A DNA stretch of 64,000 bases from Candidatus Omnitrophota bacterium (lineage in GTDB: Bacteria; Omnitrophota; Omnitrophia; Omnitrophales; JACQLI01): contig JACPCP010000011.1 in the NCBI GenBank assembly GCA_016179745.1, positions 41 to 64,040 of the forward strand. The letters run 5' to 3'. This document shows, piece by piece, positions 16,105-24,433 of the stretch. The notes under the pieces are model-generated. The model was not told the origin of the DNA, did not search any database, and worked only from the letters and a program-made list of their open reading frames with translations. Each line of letters opens with the position of its first letter. Positions within the stretch are counted from its first letter, which is position 1. The position numbers and the translations under genes were made by a program.

Positions 16105-18885
16105 TTAAATTTCCTCAATCTCCTCATCGGAAATCCACCCCGTCTCCCCGTTCGGGAGCGACACCCGGTTCCAGGAATCCAGCTTTTTTTGAAGCCGCAC
16201 CTTCATCCCCTCGGCCAGACGAAAGGCCACCTGGTCTTTGTAAGACGGGCCGTAACGGACTGAGGCCTTGGGTTTCAGAACCACGGCCTCCCGGAGGGGA
16301 ACCTCCTTAAAAAGCCACAGGCCGGACGCCAGAACCAGAAAAACCAGCACGGTCTTCACCCGCCAACCCCAGGGCGCCCCTTTTCGAAAATAAAGAAGAT
16401 AAGCCCAGCTGCCCCAGAAAAGGACCCCCAGCCCGAGGAAAAGGACGCCGATTTCCTCCCGGGTGAAAAACCGGAGGACGGCCTCAAGGGCCCGGAAATA
16501 CCAATTCCTTTTGTCCTCGATCCGGTATTCCAAAAGGCTTGTGGCATACCTTAAGTTGGCGAGGGTGTCCGGATCCCGGGGCCGAAGCCGCCTCGATCGT
16601 TCGTAGTGAAGGATCGCCCGCCCCAGACGGCTCTCCTTGAAATACGCATTGCCGAGATTGTAATGAACGGCCGAATTCCTGAAACCCTGATCGATCAAAG
16701 ACTCGTAAAGCGAGGCCGCCTGGGAATAGTCCGCCGCCTGGTAGAGCCGGTTTGCCTCCCGGAAAATTTCAGCCGGGTCTTTCGGGGCTGAGAATCCGGG
16801 GACGGGAAATAAAAATGAGGCGAGCAAAACGCCGGTCCAGAAAAGGGACTTCAGTTTCGGCGGCACCTGGATCGGTGCCGTCCCCTCTTTTTCCAGACGG
16901 CGAATCACTCTTTCGATCAGGTCACAATATTGGCGCCTCTCGGCGGAAGGGAGCCCTCCCCGGGCAAAACGGGTCTCGCTCGCCAGGCCGTAGAATTTCC
17001 GGACCTCCTTCAAGAGCGGGTCCTCCCCGCCCCAAAGGCCCGTCAATTTTTCCTCGAGCCACTCCCGGGTAAAATGATAGGCGGAGAGGTTGAACTTGTT
17101 CGAGAAATATTCACTCAAACCCTTCTCCGCCTCCTCCATAAATTGGAGCGCCTCCTCCTCCCTGGAGCTTCCCGCCAGACGCTTCAAAAATTTCAGGCGG
17201 CGAAGCGCTGTGGACCGGGCCGTCACCCTCCGGCGAAGCGCTTCGTCCTGACTGAATCGCCTCTCCCGGCGCCGCCGGACGAGGCCGTTTCCAACCAGCA
17301 CAAGGCCCAGAAAATTCACAACCGCCAAAAACCGGTAAACCAGCGCCCACCCCCGGGCCGACTTCGGAGAAGGAAGCTCCTCGTGAATGAAACGAATGTC
17401 TTTGGCCTCCAGCTGGACTTCCTTTTTGAAGGCCGCTTTCTCCGCCAGCTCCGCCGGAAGACGGAGGGGCTCGTCCGAGGGCGCCACCTGAAGAGGAAAG
17501 GAGGGCGTCCGGAGAACTTGATAATTCTGGGAACGGGGCTCAAAAAAACTAAATTCCAGGGACGGGATCGAAAGCTCGCCGGCCTCCGTCGGGACAAAGA
17601 TAATTTCAAAGGTCTTTTTGCCGGCAATCGTGGTCCCGGATTTAAAGAGCTGCGACGAGGAGTCCCCGTCGTAAATTTTGAAACCGGTCAATTCCGGGAT
17701 CGGCGGCCGGGGCAGGGTCTCGACATTTCCCTCCCCCTCCAAAACGACCTTCAAGGTCAGGGGCTCATTTTGTTTGAGTTCCCGCTTGTCCACCGAGGCC
17801 TCGATCCGGAAGCGGCCCACGGCCCCGTTGAAACTCGCCGGCTTCCCGTGTTCGGGCAGCGGCTTGACCGTCACCGTCAGGGGTTCCGGTTTTAAGAGGC
17901 GCTCCACCCGCCGGCCAAAAAATCCGGAGCCGCTGAAAAAGCTGTCATTGAAAAACTCGTCAAAGATGCTGGTGGTCTTGGGCTCTTCCTCGACCGAAAT
18001 TTTCAAGACCCCGGGCTGGAGGGTGTATTGGGCGGCTGCTGTGGGAAAAAGGGCAATTTTTCGCACGTCGGCCTTGACGTAGCGCCGGCCGTCCACCGTG
18101 ACGGTCTCCTTCCCCAGGTCCCGGTCCAGCGGAAAATCTTCGATCCAAAAGCCGCTGATCGAAGGCTCTTCTTCAAAACCCTCGTAGCGGGTGTCGTAGC
18201 GGGTGTAAAGCGAATAGGTCAGAAGCACCTGTTCATTGGGAAAGACGACGGGCTTGTCGACCCACGCCTTCACGAAAACATTTTCATCCTGCAGCAATTG
18301 CGGCCGTCCGCCGGACGGCCGGGAGGCCGGGAGTGCCGCCGCCGTGCCAGCCGCACGGTGCCGGACAATCGAGCGGCCGATCGCCGCTTGACCAACCGCA
18401 ACCGGAGGCGGAGGGCTCCCAAATTGCGGCCTTGCCGCCTGCAAACCCGCTCCCCCCATCGCTGAAGGGGCCTGGGCGACGGGGGTCTGCCCGGACTGGA
18501 TTTGCGGTGACAAAACCTCGAGGGGAATCGGCTGAGTGCGGTAACTTTTTCCGCCGATCCAGACCTCAATCGGGTTTAACGTAAACTCGCCGGCCACTTT
18601 CGGGACCAGGATGTAGTTGAATTCCACATTGGAACTTGATTTCCCGTTCACAAAAGTAAACTGACTCGACCGTCCCGTGTAGAACGAGTCGAAACCCTGA
18701 AGGGCCGGCAGCCGGGGGGCCTGGAGGTTCCCCCGGGCCCCCGTGATCTGGATGGTCAAGGACACTTCTTCATCAATTTGGGGGCGGCTTGTGTCGACCG
18801 TGGCGCTCACCTGGACTTCCTCGGCCGAGGCGCCGTAACGGGTGACGAGAAAGAGGAATCCAAAAAATAAAAAGGCTCTTTTCAT
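16105..18885 (-). CDS. BatD-like protein fused to a TPR + SH3-like (BatC/BatE-like) C-terminal module
   Basis: 926 aa. Signal peptide, then BatD-like repeats (VSATVDTSRPQIDEEVSLTIQITG..., EFNYILVPKVAGEFTL). TM segments around residues 520-545 and 690-710. TPR repeats (ANRLYQAADYSQAASLYE...YNLGNAYFK...ILHYERS). C-terminal SH3-like end (WNRVSLPNGETGWISDEEI). Confidence 0.7.
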   Translation of the reverse strand: MKRAFLFFGFLFLVTRYGASAEEVQVSATVDTSRPQIDEEVSLTIQITGARGNLQAPRLPALQGFDSFYTGRSSQFTFVNGKSSSNVEFNYILVPKVAGEFTLNPIEVWIGGKSYRTQPIPLEVLSPQIQSGQTPVAQAPSAMGGAGLQAARPQFGSPPPPVAVGQAAIGRSIVRHRAAGTAAALPASRPSGGRPQLLQDENVFVKAWVDKPVVFPNEQVLLTYSLYTRYDTRYEGFEEEPSISGFWIEDFPLDRDLGKETVTVDGRRYVKADVRKIALFPTAAAQYTLQPGVLKISVEEEPKTTSIFDEFFNDSFFSGSGFFGRRVERLLKPEPLTVTVKPLPEHGKPASFNGAVGRFRIEASVDKRELKQNEPLTLKVVLEGEGNVETLPRPPIPELTGFKIYDGDSSSQLFKSGTTIAGKKTFEIIFVPTEAGELSIPSLEFSFFEPRSQNYQVLRTPSFPLQVAPSDEPLRLPAELAEKAAFKKEVQLEAKDIRFIHEELPSPKSARGWALVYRFLAVVNFLGLVLVGNGLVRRRRERRFSQDEALRRRVTARSTALRRLKFLKRLAGSSREEEALQFMEEAEKGLSEYFSNKFNLSAYHFTREWLEEKLTGLWGGEDPLLKEVRKFYGLASETRFARGGLPSAERRQYCDLIERVIRRLEKEGTAPIQVPPKLKSLFWTGVLLASFLFPVPGFSAPKDPAEIFREANRLYQAADYSQAASLYESLIDQGFRNSAVHYNLGNAYFKESRLGRAILHYERSRRLRPRDPDTLANLRYATSLLEYRIEDKRNWYFRALEAVLRFFTREEIGVLFLGLGVLFWGSWAYLLYFRKGAPWGWRVKTVLVFLVLASGLWLFKEVPLREAVVLKPKASVRYGPSYKDQVAFRLAEGMKVRLQKKLDSWNRVSLPNGETGWISDEEIEEI

Positions 18886-19000
18886 GGGATTTTGGGCAGC
18901 AATTTTAACATAGATTGGAAGGCCCCACAGCTTAAAGTTGAATTCGGACTACGACTCCATCGTCACGGCGTGGCCGTGGGAGACGAGTTCCTGACGGTAG

Positions 19001-19168
19001 TCACTTTTTTCTCTTTTTCAAGAGGTAGACCACTTTTTCGCCGCGCCAAACAGCCGCAGGAACTCCGGCGGCTTCGTGTTGGCGAATCGCCTTTGTGACG
19101 GCGCTCTTAATCGCCTTGAGCGCACCTGCGTGGAGCGCCTCAACACTTTGGGTCCTGCTTCTCTTCAT
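19001..19168 (-). CDS. 55-aa basic hypothetical protein (possible antitoxin/partner of the zeta-like ATPase)
   Basis: Below the ORF-track size cutoff. Hand translation from ATG 19168-19166 gives MKRSRTQSVEALHAGALKAIKSAVTKAIRQHEAAGVPAAVWRGEKVVYLLKKRKK, ending at TGA 19003-19001. Its ATG overlaps the stop of the upstream P-loop gene (ATGA). Confidence 0.55.
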   Translation of the reverse strand: MKRSRTQSVEALHAGALKAIKSAVTKAIRQHEAAGVPAAVWRGEKVVYLLKKRKK

Positions 19169-19749
19169 GTTGCCTCCGCCAATTTCAAAATTCTGTCGTA
19201 GAGTTTTCGATCAAAAATTCTCACCTTCACCGACTTTTCTTCGGCAATCAGGCGAGGCGCGCTGCCTGAATTGTCAAACAACATCCACGAATCGAACAGG
19301 GCCTGATAGTGCTCAAAAAAATTCTTAATCCCCCTATAAAAACGCCTGCGCACCACCTTTTCAGCAATCGCGTGCCCGCCCATTTTGACACGGCTCGCCA
19401 CACGAGCCAGTGAGAGCTCGACGTCCGGAATCCAAAGAAAGAAAAGATGGGCTGCGTAACCCTCCTTCTTGAGGTCTCTGAGGCGAGAAAGATAGTTGAG
19501 GCCGGAGAGTGTCGTTTCAAAAGCAAAGTCAATCTTCCTGGACGCGTAACTCTCGATCTGTTCGAGTGAAATCCGTCCTGCTTTTAACGCCACCGCGTCC
19601 GGGGAAAAACCCGACAGGCCCCGTGCCAGGGTGTCCGCATTAATAAAGGTGGGGCAATCAGCGTATTTCGGAAGAAACTCCGTCGCGAAGGTCGTTTTCC
19701 CAGAACCGTTCGCTCCGGCGATGATGTAAATTTGCGGTTGTTTACCCAT
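19165..19749 (-). CDS. zeta-toxin-like P-loop kinase/ATPase (COG4185-type)
   Basis: 194 aa. Walker A IIAGANGSGKTT, then FINADTLARGL, and the family-typical C-terminal region GGHAIAEKVVRRRFYRGIKNF...MLFDNS. Confidence 0.8.
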   Translation of the reverse strand: MGKQPQIYIIAGANGSGKTTFATEFLPKYADCPTFINADTLARGLSGFSPDAVALKAGRISLEQIESYASRKIDFAFETTLSGLNYLSRLRDLKKEGYAAHLFFLWIPDVELSLARVASRVKMGGHAIAEKVVRRRFYRGIKNFFEHYQALFDSWMLFDNSGSAPRLIAEEKSVKVRIFDRKLYDRILKLAEAT

Positions 19750-20704
19750 AGTCTAGGAAGGATTCGAGCCGGGGGCGGTGGATTTCGAGGAAGCGGAGGA
19801 CCCGCTCCAGACTCTCCCGGTTTTTCAGGCGGCCCCGCAGAAGGAAGCCTTCTGCCTCAAAATTCTCCGGGCGTTCAATCTGAATGCCCTCGCCCGAAAG
19901 CTGGGACTGGAGGCGGCGAAACTTCGATTCGGCCTCGGTCAGCCGTGGAAAACGCAGAGACCGGACCCGCTCGAAAAGCCTTTCTCCCCTTCCCCGGTCG
20001 TCCATTTCCGAAGGTTTGAAAATTTCCCGGAATTCCCCCGCCTGGATCAGCGCTTCAAGGGAACACTTTTTTATTTTCCTCAAATCGAAAAACCACTCGG
20101 CAACGAGCCGGACCTGATTGGTCGTGAGGTGGGCTTTTTCAAAAACCTCCCGGGCCAGAAACCCCTGCTCCTCCCGGCTGAAACGCCGGAGACCCGAAAG
20201 ACCCCGAAAAGAAAGCCTCCCCTGAAAGACCAGACGGTGGACTTCGGGGGCAAGACCGGCTGTCCTGCGGTATTCTTCCAGGGCCCCCCGGCCGGGGGAA
20301 AGCCCGAGCGCCGGAAAAATTTCTTCCAGAATCTCCTCCTCGGAGAAACCAAAGACGGCTTCTGCCTTTTGGAGGGCCGTCATTCGGTCAAGCTCGGAAA
20401 AATTCTGGTTCCAATTCGAATAAACCGCCAGAAGGAAAAATTCCTTTTCGGACAAATCTTCCGGAACCCAGGCAGCCGGGACCCTCTCCAAGGATTTCCG
20501 GCGGGCAAAGGCAAGGCGCCTGTGGCCCGAGATTAAAACGGCCGGACCGTCCCCGGAAGGGCGCAGAAGCACGGGACAAAGAATGCCTCTCTTCTCGAAG
20601 GAGGCCTCGAGGCGGGGATCGTTTCCTTCAAAACGAAACCCGTAGGGCCGCTCCTTCGAAATCGCCTCGACCGAAATTAATTCGCACTCAGCGTGTCTTT
20701 CCAT
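19742..20704 (-). CDS. ParB/Spo0J-like N-terminal domain + HTH protein (no adjacent ParA)
   Basis: 320 aa. ParB box LISGHRRLAFARRKSLERVPAAWV, then an ENxxR-like region (AVYSNWNQNFSELDRMTALQKA) and an HTH-like segment (GFSEEEILEEIFPALGLSPGRGALEEYRRTAGLAPEV). Confidence 0.7.
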   Translation of the reverse strand: MERHAECELISVEAISKERPYGFRFEGNDPRLEASFEKRGILCPVLLRPSGDGPAVLISGHRRLAFARRKSLERVPAAWVPEDLSEKEFFLLAVYSNWNQNFSELDRMTALQKAEAVFGFSEEEILEEIFPALGLSPGRGALEEYRRTAGLAPEVHRLVFQGRLSFRGLSGLRRFSREEQGFLAREVFEKAHLTTNQVRLVAEWFFDLRKIKKCSLEALIQAGEFREIFKPSEMDDRGRGERLFERVRSLRFPRLTEAESKFRRLQSQLSGEGIQIERPENFEAEGFLLRGRLKNRESLERVLRFLEIHRPRLESFLDYG

Positions 20705-22926
20705 TCCTTCTCCAGTTCCAGGGGAGAAATCTTCAAGACTTCCTGGATCACCTCAAACGAATCTTTTCCCTGGGCAAATTGCTCCAGCATTTTCCTGAGA
20801 CTGAACATTCCGTAGCGCCCGGCTAAATAGCTCACGAGTTGAAAGGATTGCTCGTAAAAAAGCTCGGCCTCCAAGGGATCCTTCACCGCAAGCAGCCTTT
20901 CCTGGCCCAGGAGCGTCTCGATCGGAAAAAGAGTTTTGGACCGAATCGCCGCCCGAAAGACCGTGAGGTCCGGAGCGGAAATTTTGGCTTCCTCGTATTC
21001 CGCCAGCCCCTCGTTCAGCCAGGGGGGGCAGAGCCGCCGGCTGATTTCCACCACAAAGGCGTGCGTCAGTTCGTGGCGCATAACCTTCTCGATTTCTTCC
21101 TGGGAAAAGCCCTTCTCGTAGGCCGGAAGACGGATTTTGCCGTCATAAACCCCGATCGTCCAGTGGGGGGCCCGGATCAAATCCCGGAATTCCTTTTCAT
21201 CATAGAGAAGCACCGGAATTTTTTGTTTGAAAAAATACCCCAGGTCCTGCCCGATCTCCCGGTAGGCCTTTCGCAGGGCCTCGCTCAGCCCATAACCCTC
21301 GAGCCCCTTCTCCTCCCCTCGATACATAATAATGAAGTGCTCCTCGGGGTAATGGGTCATCGTGGCCTCGACCTTTTTCTCCTTCTGGGTGCGGAAGATT
21401 TTTTCTTTCAGATCATTACGGGCCCGCACACGAAAAGCGGCGAGGTAATGCTCTTCCGCCTCCCCGAGCTTCTGCTCATAGTAAGCAATGTCGCCCAGAA
21501 GCTCGTGGGCAAAGGCATTCCGGGGATCGTAGGCGATGGAGTCCTTGAGCGCCTCCCGGGCCAGCTCAAACTCATTCTTCTGATAAAATTCAACGGCCTG
21601 GTTGTAAAGCTCGATGGAGAGCGGAACCTTCAAGCCGGCATTGTCCTTGGGCCGCCCCAGGAGAAAATTCATGATCTCGGTGCGGCCCCGGTTTTCCAAA
21701 TCATTTTTTGCTTCCTCCCGCTCCGAACTGGCGCCCGTCTCCGAATAAGCTTCGTCCGCATACGATTCGTAGGCTAAGAGCCCGCCGGAGCCCGGCGTCC
21801 CGAGAACCCCGACGAAGAAAAGAAGTCCGAGAAATTTCCGGGCCCTTGCAATCCTCTTGGCGATCGGGGGGTGCGTGTAAAACCACCACTCGATGACAGG
21901 GTGAGGCTCAGGGTCCGCCAGGTTCAGTGTAGCCAGCTTCTCCATTGCCGGAATGAATCCTTGGGGACCACACGCCTCGAGGGAAAACCGGTCGGCCTCC
22001 GCCTCCCGCCACCGGGAATAGGCGTGGCTCAAAGGGGTCAAAACAACTCCCAACAAAGTGAACACGAGGTAAAGGAGCGGGAAGGCGGCCAAGTCCTCTG
22101 CTCCCGCAAACCCGAGCGGGATCGCCAGCCGTTTCACGATCTCAAAGGCCAGAAAAAAACCCACGAAGGATGTGGCGGCATTGAAGGCCAGGTGATGCCA
22201 AATATCACGGTGTTTGTAATGCCCGAGTTCGTGCGCCACCACACTTTCGATTTCCTCCTCCGTGAAATCCCGGATCAGCGTGTCGCTCAGGACGAGGCGC
22301 TTCGTCCGGCCGAGGCCCGCAAACATTGCATTCGCTTTTTTGGTGGTCTTGCTCAGATTGAGTGAATAGACATTTTCCACGGGAAGCTGGAACCGCCGGA
22401 CCAGCCGGAAGATCCTCTCCCTGAGCGAATCGTTGTCAACCCGGCTGTAGCGGTAAAAAAGCGGGACGATCAGGACCGGAAAAAGCTGCCCCAAAAGATA
22501 ACTAAACCCCGCATACCCGAGCCACGCCCAAATCCACCAGCGTTCCGGAGAGCGGCCAATCGCCCCGTAAAGGCCCAGGACCAGAAGGGCCGAGATCGTG
22601 AAAATCAAAACCGTCCTTTTGAGGAACTCGACCGTCCACTGTTTAAAATTCTGATTCGTGAGGCCGTAACGCTGTTCGAGCCGGTACCCGGAATAGAATT
22701 CAAGCGGCAGTCCACAGAGCCAGACAAAATCAAAAAAGAAACCGTAATAAAGGAGGATCTGTAGAAAAGGCTGCCGGGCCCACGCCAAGGCCCAATCCCG
22801 GAAGACAAAGGTAAGCCCCGTGCTCATTAAAAAGACCAGCGCCCCCACCTGAACGGCAAGGTGGGCCAGCGCTGCCACGTGTTTCTTCCGCTGATAGATT
22901 TTTGCTTGTTCTACTTTGTCACTCAT
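20677..22926 (-). CDS. M48 (Ste24/HtpX-like) membrane metalloprotease fused to TPR repeats and a second gluzincin-like domain
   Basis: Start re-set to ATG 22926-22924 (MSDKVEQAK...), an ATGA overlap with the upstream gene's stop. Multi-TM N-terminal half with HELGHYKHRD (HExxH). TPR-like middle (YNQAVEFYQKNEFELAREALKDSIAYDP...). C-terminal HELTHAF followed ~20 aa later by NEGLAEYEE (HExxH...E). Confidence 0.8.
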   Translation of the reverse strand: MSDKVEQAKIYQRKKHVAALAHLAVQVGALVFLMSTGLTFVFRDWALAWARQPFLQILLYYGFFFDFVWLCGLPLEFYSGYRLEQRYGLTNQNFKQWTVEFLKRTVLIFTISALLVLGLYGAIGRSPERWWIWAWLGYAGFSYLLGQLFPVLIVPLFYRYSRVDNDSLRERIFRLVRRFQLPVENVYSLNLSKTTKKANAMFAGLGRTKRLVLSDTLIRDFTEEEIESVVAHELGHYKHRDIWHHLAFNAATSFVGFFLAFEIVKRLAIPLGFAGAEDLAAFPLLYLVFTLLGVVLTPLSHAYSRWREAEADRFSLEACGPQGFIPAMEKLATLNLADPEPHPVIEWWFYTHPPIAKRIARARKFLGLLFFVGVLGTPGSGGLLAYESYADEAYSETGASSEREEAKNDLENRGRTEIMNFLLGRPKDNAGLKVPLSIELYNQAVEFYQKNEFELAREALKDSIAYDPRNAFAHELLGDIAYYEQKLGEAEEHYLAAFRVRARNDLKEKIFRTQKEKKVEATMTHYPEEHFIIMYRGEEKGLEGYGLSEALRKAYREIGQDLGYFFKQKIPVLLYDEKEFRDLIRAPHWTIGVYDGKIRLPAYEKGFSQEEIEKVMRHELTHAFVVEISRRLCPPWLNEGLAEYEEAKISAPDLTVFRAAIRSKTLFPIETLLGQERLLAVKDPLEAELFYEQSFQLVSYLAGRYGMFSLRKMLEQFAQGKDSFEVIQEVLKISPLELEKEWKDTLSAN

Positions 22927-23663
22927 TGGAATTCCGCCAGAAGGCCAAAGTGGTCCGAGGCCCAAAATCCCTTTGAACCCGGGGCCGTAAAAATCAGGCC
23001 GCTTGATTTCAAATTTTTCAAAAGGGGGCCGGCGCCTCTCGCCAAGATATAATCAATCCGCCGGTCGGGCATTTTGTGAAGGGAGCCCCCGGCATAAGGA
23101 TTCCGATTGTCCCAGCTAAAACCCGCCTCGCCGGGATGACACAGCCGAAAGGTGTCCCGGAACCCCCCTTCCCGGATCAGCGTTTGAATTTCCTCGGAAT
23201 CGGGCGGCGCATTCAAGTCGCCTACGAGAACGGCCTCTTTTCCGGCGGATTTTTCCTCGATGAGCTGAAGCACTTCCTGGACTTGTTTCCTCCGGGTCGC
23301 CCCGTCCTCCAGTTTCCAGGAAAGGTGCGTATTGAAAAAATAAAGGGCCTCCCCCGCCACTTTCAATTCCGCCCACAGGACACCCCGAAAATATTCTTCC
23401 AGGGGAGATTGAGTGAGCTGAACCATTCCCCAGGACGCCGCCGGGTAATTGGCGTAAAGCGCAAGCCCGCAATTTTCCTCCGGGAAAATCAAAGTGGAAA
23501 AACCGGCCCGTTTTTGGACCGTCTCCGCCCACGAACGGTTGAAGAGCTCCTGAAACGCCGCAATCTGGGGGCATAGGCGCCCGACCCCTTCAAACGTCAC
23601 CTCCCACCGATCTTTCCAGGGGGCCCCCAGTTCCTGCCAGGTGTTGAGGGTCAAAATCTTCAC
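22923..23663 (-). CDS. endonuclease/exonuclease/phosphatase (EEP) family protein
   Basis: ILTLNTWQ start, VGDLNAPPDS and a C-terminal SDHFGL motif. Start set to GTG 23663-23661, just after the arsC-like stop. The tracked ORF extends to 23729. Confidence 0.8.
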   Translation of the reverse strand: MKILTLNTWQELGAPWKDRWEVTFEGVGRLCPQIAAFQELFNRSWAETVQKRAGFSTLIFPEENCGLALYANYPAASWGMVQLTQSPLEEYFRGVLWAELKVAGEALYFFNTHLSWKLEDGATRRKQVQEVLQLIEEKSAGKEAVLVGDLNAPPDSEEIQTLIREGGFRDTFRLCHPGEAGFSWDNRNPYAGGSLHKMPDRRIDYILARGAGPLLKNLKSSGLIFTAPGSKGFWASDHFGLLAEFQ

Positions 23664-23664
23664 G

Positions 23665-24015
23665 CTAGAGAATCTCCTTGAGCCGTTCGGCCGGGCGAGC
23701 GAGAATCGCCTTGGCCCCCTTTTCCACAATGGGGCGCTGGATCAGGTCCGGGTGTTTGACCATCAGATCGATTAATTCCTCTTCTGAGAGTTTTTTCTCG
23801 TCCAGTTTCAGTTCCTTGTAAATCGGCTCCTTTTTCCTCAATAGCCCCGCCGCCCCCAGGCCCATCTTGGCCAAAAGCTCCTTCAGCTTTTTCTTCGGGA
23901 TGGGCTCGAGGTAATAATTAACGGCCTCAAAATCGATTCCCTTCTCTTTCAGGGCCTGAGTGACCTGACGGCACGTCGTGCACGTCGGTTTCTGATAAAC
24001 CGTAATTTCGCTCAT
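23665..24015 (-). CDS. ArsC/Spx family protein (CxxC thioredoxin-like fold)
   Basis: 116 aa. ITVYQKPTCTTCRQ N-terminus and HPDLIQRPIV near the C-terminus. SD AGGAGA upstream. Confidence 0.85.
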   Translation of the reverse strand: MSEITVYQKPTCTTCRQVTQALKEKGIDFEAVNYYLEPIPKKKLKELLAKMGLGAAGLLRKKEPIYKELKLDEKKLSEEELIDLMVKHPDLIQRPIVEKGAKAILARPAERLKEIL

Positions 24016-24051
24016 TGCCTCTTCTCCTTTTAAAGTGAAAACTCTAACACA

Positions 24052-24081
24052 TTGACCCCCTCCCCGGCGAGGCTATAGAAT
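24052..24081 (+). promoter_or_regulatory. putative sigma70-type promoter for the plus-strand DUF59/TPR pair (TTGACC - 18 nt - TAGAAT)
   Basis: TTGACC at 24052-24057 and TAGAAT at 24076-24081, in the 93-bp divergent intergenic region. Motif match only. Confidence 0.4.
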
Positions 24082-24108
24082 ACGGGGCCTCGGAACCGAA
24101 ATCAAACC

Positions 24109-24423
24109 ATGCCGACCCAGGAAGAAGTCATTGAGGTGATCAAGCAGTGTTACGACCCGGAAATCCCGGTCAACGTGCACGACCTCGGGCTGATTTATGA
24201 AGTCCAGGCAAAGCCGGACTCGGTCTTCGTCAAAATGACTTTGACCTCAGCCGCCTGCCCGGCCGCCCAGTCCCTCCCCGATCAAATACGGGAAAGAATC
24301 AGCTCGGCCTTGGGCGTCAAGAATGTCAATGTCGAAGTCACTTTTGACCCGCCCTGGTCTCCGGAAAAGATCTCTCCCGAGGGCCGAAAAAAGCTCGGAC
24401 TCCCCGGACCGGAAGAGGAATAG
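24109..24423 (+). CDS. DUF59/MIP18-family Fe-S cluster assembly protein (SufT/PaaD-like)
   Basis: 104 aa. VIEVIKQCYDPEIPVNVHDLGLIY...MTLTSAACPAA pattern. Confidence 0.85.
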   Translation: MPTQEEVIEVIKQCYDPEIPVNVHDLGLIYEVQAKPDSVFVKMTLTSAACPAAQSLPDQIRERISSALGVKNVNVEVTFDPPWSPEKISPEGRKKLGLPGPEEE

Positions 24424-24433
24424 CTTCGCCCCT

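Noticed and set aside
18181-18210. Tandem 12-nt duplication GTAGCGGGTGTC/GTAGCGGGTGTA.
   Set aside because: It lies inside the BatD-like coding sequence and encodes the short peptide repeat TRYDTRYE. It is a small in-frame duplication, not an independent element.
18886-19000. A possible extended -10 promoter (TGTTAAAAT, complement of 18902-18910) for the BatD-like gene, and a small CACGGC/GCCGTG hairpin after the 55-aa ORF.
   Set aside because: There is no convincing -35 element. The hairpin has only a 6-bp stem with a 3-nt loop and no U-tract. This is too weak to list as a feature.
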